50,760 nucleotides of DNA from Terrimicrobiaceae bacterium (lineage in GTDB: Bacteria; Verrucomicrobiota; Verrucomicrobiia; Chthoniobacterales; JAATET01): the NCBI GenBank assembly GCA_041689405.1, contig JBDNGG010000027.1, positions 1-50,760 on the forward strand, written 5' to 3'. The notes below the pieces were generated by a model that was not told where the DNA came from, did not search any database, and was given only the letters and a program-made list of their open reading frames with translations. Made by a program: the position numbers and the translations under genes. Shown piece after piece: positions 47,381 through 50,760 of the stretch. How positions within the stretch are numbered: position 1 is the stretch's first letter; every line of letters begins with the position of its first letter.

Positions 47381-48667
47381 TTACGACTCGCCAAACAGCG
47401 TGGCGAGACGGCCTGCGAGCCGTCGCCGGAGGACGGTGTAAGAAAAAAAGCGTCGTCCGAGTTCAAAGTTCGCCTCTGCCCATTCGTCGCGTAATGCCGC
47501 ATTGGCGAGGATCTCGCGGGTTTTTTCGACGACTTCGTTTGTTACCAATTGTGACATTGAAATTGTTTTGAACCCGAGCGGTTCGATATCCCGGGCATAC
47601 ACCGCGTAGGTATTCACGACAACCGGCTTTTTGAAATACACCGCCTCGAGAAAGGCATTTCCGAATCCTTCGTAGAGGCTCGGATAAGTCACTAGATCGG
47701 CATGAGGATAGACATCATTGAGCGTGTAGATTTTCCGCCCTTGCGGATCTGTGCCCCGCACCTCACCCACGCGATCCCAAATTTGCACGCAGTCAATGCC
47801 GGCATCTGCAATCCGTTCGTTCAGCAGAGCGAGGTAATCACTGCCTTCGTCGCCGGCCGGGTGGGAAAGAACCAGCTTCACACGTGGCATCTTCAACCGC
47901 CGCAGAAGCTCAATCGCATGCTCAATCCCTTTGCGTGCAACCAACCGCGTTGGCTGAAGGACCAGAATATCTTCGTCACTCACCCCAATCTCGTTACGAA
48001 AATCCCGGTTGTAGTCGTCAATCCCTGGCGGCGGAGTGTCAAAGTCGTAGACGTTTGGCACGACCGTCGATGCCTGCCCGTATCGCCGAGCGAGCTCCTT
48101 TTGCTGCATGGAGTTGATCACCACATGTTCAGTACCTGGCAGGGTGGGCGGAAAAGCCGCTGCCAAATAATCCGCCGCCGAGGTCACCGTAAACCGCTCG
48201 CGCTCCCACGCAAAATCATGGTGATGCGCAATCGTGGCGATACCCGTCTCAGCCATCACCTCGGTCACCGCAAGCCCCAGCGGCACGTGCATCGGAATCG
48301 TCAAGACATTTTGAGGAATGAGGAGGTCAATCTGGTAACGATCCAGAAATTCATAAATCGCGACCTTCAGTCGCTCCTTAACCTGATTGACACGGTCCGT
48401 GATCTCGCGGGGACGGCGGGTCGTCCCGAAGAGATGTTTCTGGATCTCGAGGATTTCCGGATGATTGAAAAATGCGAGTGGTTCGTGGTGACTGATCTCT
48501 GCTGGTTTGTCGAGCATGCCAGCCATCCAAAAACACGTGGCCCCCTCCGCTTCCAGAATGTGCGCCCATTTGGCGGCCTCCAGAGTCACCCCATCCGTAC
48601 CGGCAAATCGGGTTGAAAGAAAACCCACACGCTGCGTCAAGTGAGAGAGGGAAGTATTTTGACTCAC
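47381..48667 (-). CDS. GT4-family (group 1) glycosyltransferase
   Basis: A GT-B C-terminal motif PSLYEGFGNAFLEAVYFKKPVV, with N-terminal GFLSTRFAGTDGVTLE. Confidence 0.7.
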   Translation of the reverse strand: MSQNTSLSHLTQRVGFLSTRFAGTDGVTLEAAKWAHILEAEGATCFWMAGMLDKPAEISHHEPLAFFNHPEILEIQKHLFGTTRRPREITDRVNQVKERLKVAIYEFLDRYQIDLLIPQNVLTIPMHVPLGLAVTEVMAETGIATIAHHHDFAWERERFTVTSAADYLAAAFPPTLPGTEHVVINSMQQKELARRYGQASTVVPNVYDFDTPPPGIDDYNRDFRNEIGVSDEDILVLQPTRLVARKGIEHAIELLRRLKMPRVKLVLSHPAGDEGSDYLALLNERIADAGIDCVQIWDRVGEVRGTDPQGRKIYTLNDVYPHADLVTYPSLYEGFGNAFLEAVYFKKPVVVNTYAVYARDIEPLGFKTISMSQLVTNEVVEKTREILANAALRDEWAEANFELGRRFFSYTVLRRRLAGRLATLFGES

Positions 48668-48681
48668 TGTAAATAATTAGA

Positions 48682-50013
48682 ATGAACATGTATCATGCAC
48701 ACATGATCGAAAAATTACGAGGTCATCTGGCGGCAATTTATGGCGAAGAACACGCAGGTCCACTTGCTACAGAGATTGCGGCGCCGGTGGAGATGTCCCG
48801 AACACGGCTGGCAGCGACAGGGATTCAGCTCGATCCACTCGGCGAACAGGACACGATTCTTATCACGTATGCGGATTAAGTCACTGCACCGGGAGAAACT
48901 CCTCTGGCAACGCTCGCTGACTTTTTGCAACACCGCATTGCCCCATGGCTTCCGGCGGTGCATTTGTTGCCGTTCTGTCCGAGTTCGTCGGACGATGGGT
49001 TTCCGGCCATCGGTTATTACCGCGTCGATTCTGCGTTCGGCGACTGGGAGCATATCGCTCGAGTGGGTGAAAAATTCGCGCTGATGTTTGACGCGGTATT
49101 CAATCATGCCTCCGTGCAGGGTGATTGGTTTGGTCGCTTCCTTGCCCAGGATCCCGGATGGGAGGAGGCATTTTTTTCGGTGCCTGGAGCCCCCGATCTT
49201 TCAGCCGTCGTGCGTCCAAGGACACACCCCGTGCTAACCAAAATGGAAAGCGCGGCTGGAGCACGCCAGGTCTGGACGACGTTCAGCGCCGATCAAGCAG
49301 ACATCAATTTTTCAGATCCCGGCATGATGCTGCGATTGGTGGATGTTTTACTATTCTACATCGAGCGGGGAGCGCGCTTCATTCGCCTCGATGCGATTGC
49401 CTTTCTTTGGAGGGCAGTGGGGACATCGTGCATCCATTTGCCTGAAACCCATCGTGCGGTTCAGCTATTCCGCACCGTCGCTGAGGCAGTGAATCCGGAG
49501 ATCATGATCATCACAGAAACCAACGTTACACATGAGCTCAATCTTTCGTATTTTGGCGACGGGACGAATGAAGCGCACTGGGTTTACAACTTCGCGCTGC
49601 CTCCATTGGTTTTGCACACCCTGCGCACAGGGAGCTCAGCTCGACTCACGACATGGGCCGCATCGCTGGATTTGCCCGGCGAAAAATCGACGATGTTTAA
49701 CTTCCTCGCGTCCCACGATGGCATCGGACTCAATTCAGTCCGTGGAATTCTGGATCCTGCGGAAATTGGCGCTCTGGTGGAAACCACGCTGGCACACGGA
49801 GGCAGAGTTTCCGAGGAATCGAACCCCGATGGTTCAACAAGACCCTACGAGCTAAATATCAACGATTACGACGCCCTCAACGGCAATTCCGATATAGCCA
49901 CCGCGATCGACCGTCACGTGGCTGCGCACTCCATTCTTTTTGCCATGCGGGGCGCTGACGGCGTCGTTCTCGACCCCGATCAATGGCAATGGATCTCTAA
50001 ATCACTGCATTGA
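48682..50013 (+). pseudogene. GH13_18 sucrose-phosphorylase-family sugar phosphorylase with an in-frame TAA and a truncated C-terminus
   Basis: ORFs 48682-48879 and 48925-50013 share one frame. The sequence reads ...DTILITYAD-TAA(48877-48879)-VTAPGETPLATLADFL...HLLPFCPSSSDDGFPAIGYYRVD...FDAVFNHAS...RLDAIAFLW...ITETNV...FLASHDGIG. It ends soon after ...SILFAMRG, where homologues continue. Confidence 0.7.
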
Positions 50014-50760
50014 TCCGGATGCCGCCAAGACAACAGGTCCACGCAACGATGCCAATGCCGCGGAGATGGGCACCGTCCGGCGCTTCCGGTTCAGAAAATA
50101 ACTCACGTCCTCATATCCCACGGCCCGCAGCGTGCGGAGCGCTTCCACGTATCCATCGCCAACCCGCTCCGGACAATGCGCGTCCGCGCCAATCACGACA
50201 GGAATCCCTCGCTGCTTCATCAGTTCCAGTTGCGACACACTCGGGTTCATTTCAGGCAGCAGCTTTTGCAGCCCGCTGGTATTCAACTCCATCGCCACGC
50301 CCGTCTCTGCAATCCGGTCCAAAGACCGCTCGATCATCGGCAGGATCCGCGCAAAATTCCATTCATCGGGGTTTTCGTTCTTAATCAAGTCCGGATGCGC
50401 CAATGTGTCATACAGCCCGGTTTCCGCCGCGGCTGCAAGGTGGTCGTAATACACCTGCTGATATGCAAAAACGTCACCAATGAAAAATTTTCGTCGATAG
50501 TCAGCCACTTGGTAATGCACGGATCCCAAGACATGATGCAGTTCCACGCTCGCGTGGAGTTGTTCCAACCACGGCTCGACTCCCGGATAGTAGTCACTTT
50601 CCAGCCCGAGGCGGACGTCCACCACGTCTTCCAATGCGACGCGGGCTTCATCGACGATGGCGACGTAAGCGGCAAATTCGTCCGGCTTCATCCGCACGGA
50701 CGCAGAGATGCCGTCCGGCAGCGGGCAGTGGCAGGTGAAGATAATTCCCTTCAATCCGCG
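50002..50760 (-). CDS. PHP-family histidinol-phosphatase-like protein (HisJ type); the N-terminus lies outside the window
   Basis: LGLESDYYPG, LGSVHY, LAHPDLIK and IGADAH are PHP metal-ligand motifs. The ORF runs off the window end. Confidence 0.7.
   Translation of the reverse strand, partial: RGLKGIIFTCHCPLPDGISASVRMKPDEFAAYVAIVDEARVALEDVVDVRLGLESDYYPGVEPWLEQLHASVELHHVLGSVHYQVADYRRKFFIGDVFAYQQVYYDHLAAAAETGLYDTLAHPDLIKNENPDEWNFARILPMIERSLDRIAETGVAMELNTSGLQKLLPEMNPSVSQLELMKQRGIPVVIGADAHCPERVGDGYVEALRTLRAVGYEDVSYFLNRKRRTVPISAALASLRGPVVLAASGSMQ

Overview
Gene-dense, GC-rich bacterial chromosomal segment. By inference only, it looks Verrucomicrobiota-like: a PEP-CTERM sorting signal, a PT-linker GH9 cellulase, RAYT-like elements and weak Shine-Dalgarno usage. 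I support about 45 protein genes, one tRNA(CAT), two diverged inverted copies of an IS200/RAYT-like Y1 transposase element with REP-like flanking repeats, one coding tandem repeat and several candidate operator repeats.

Most genes are housekeeping: lipA, recR, folC-accD, bioA, zwf-glk, kdsB-gmhB, rpsT, bcp and phoU. The accessory content is:
- a 2xCBM2-GH9-CBM3c cellulase next to a LytS/LytTR two-component pair;
- a SulP-STAS-CBS / CBS / two-epimerase operon;
- a ClpX-like ATPase translationally coupled to a probably inactive membrane cyclase;
- a FecR-like / beta-barrel pair;
- a sulfatase and an alkaline phosphatase;
- a GT4 / GH13_18 pair.

The best candidate for a poorly understood system is the cluster at 25.5-31.9 kb. 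It encodes a circularly permuted ATP-grasp fused to alpha-E, two transglutaminase-like proteins and a DUF2126 protein. The DUF2126 reading frame is broken exactly at a U_UUU_UUC / T7 site.

The window also has many disrupted genes. Two frameshifts, one nonsense plus truncation, one in-frame TGA and three remnants lie outside homopolymers. This is either real gene decay or assembly error, and read-level data are needed to tell which. All calls come from reading the translations and sequence by eye; no database search was run.
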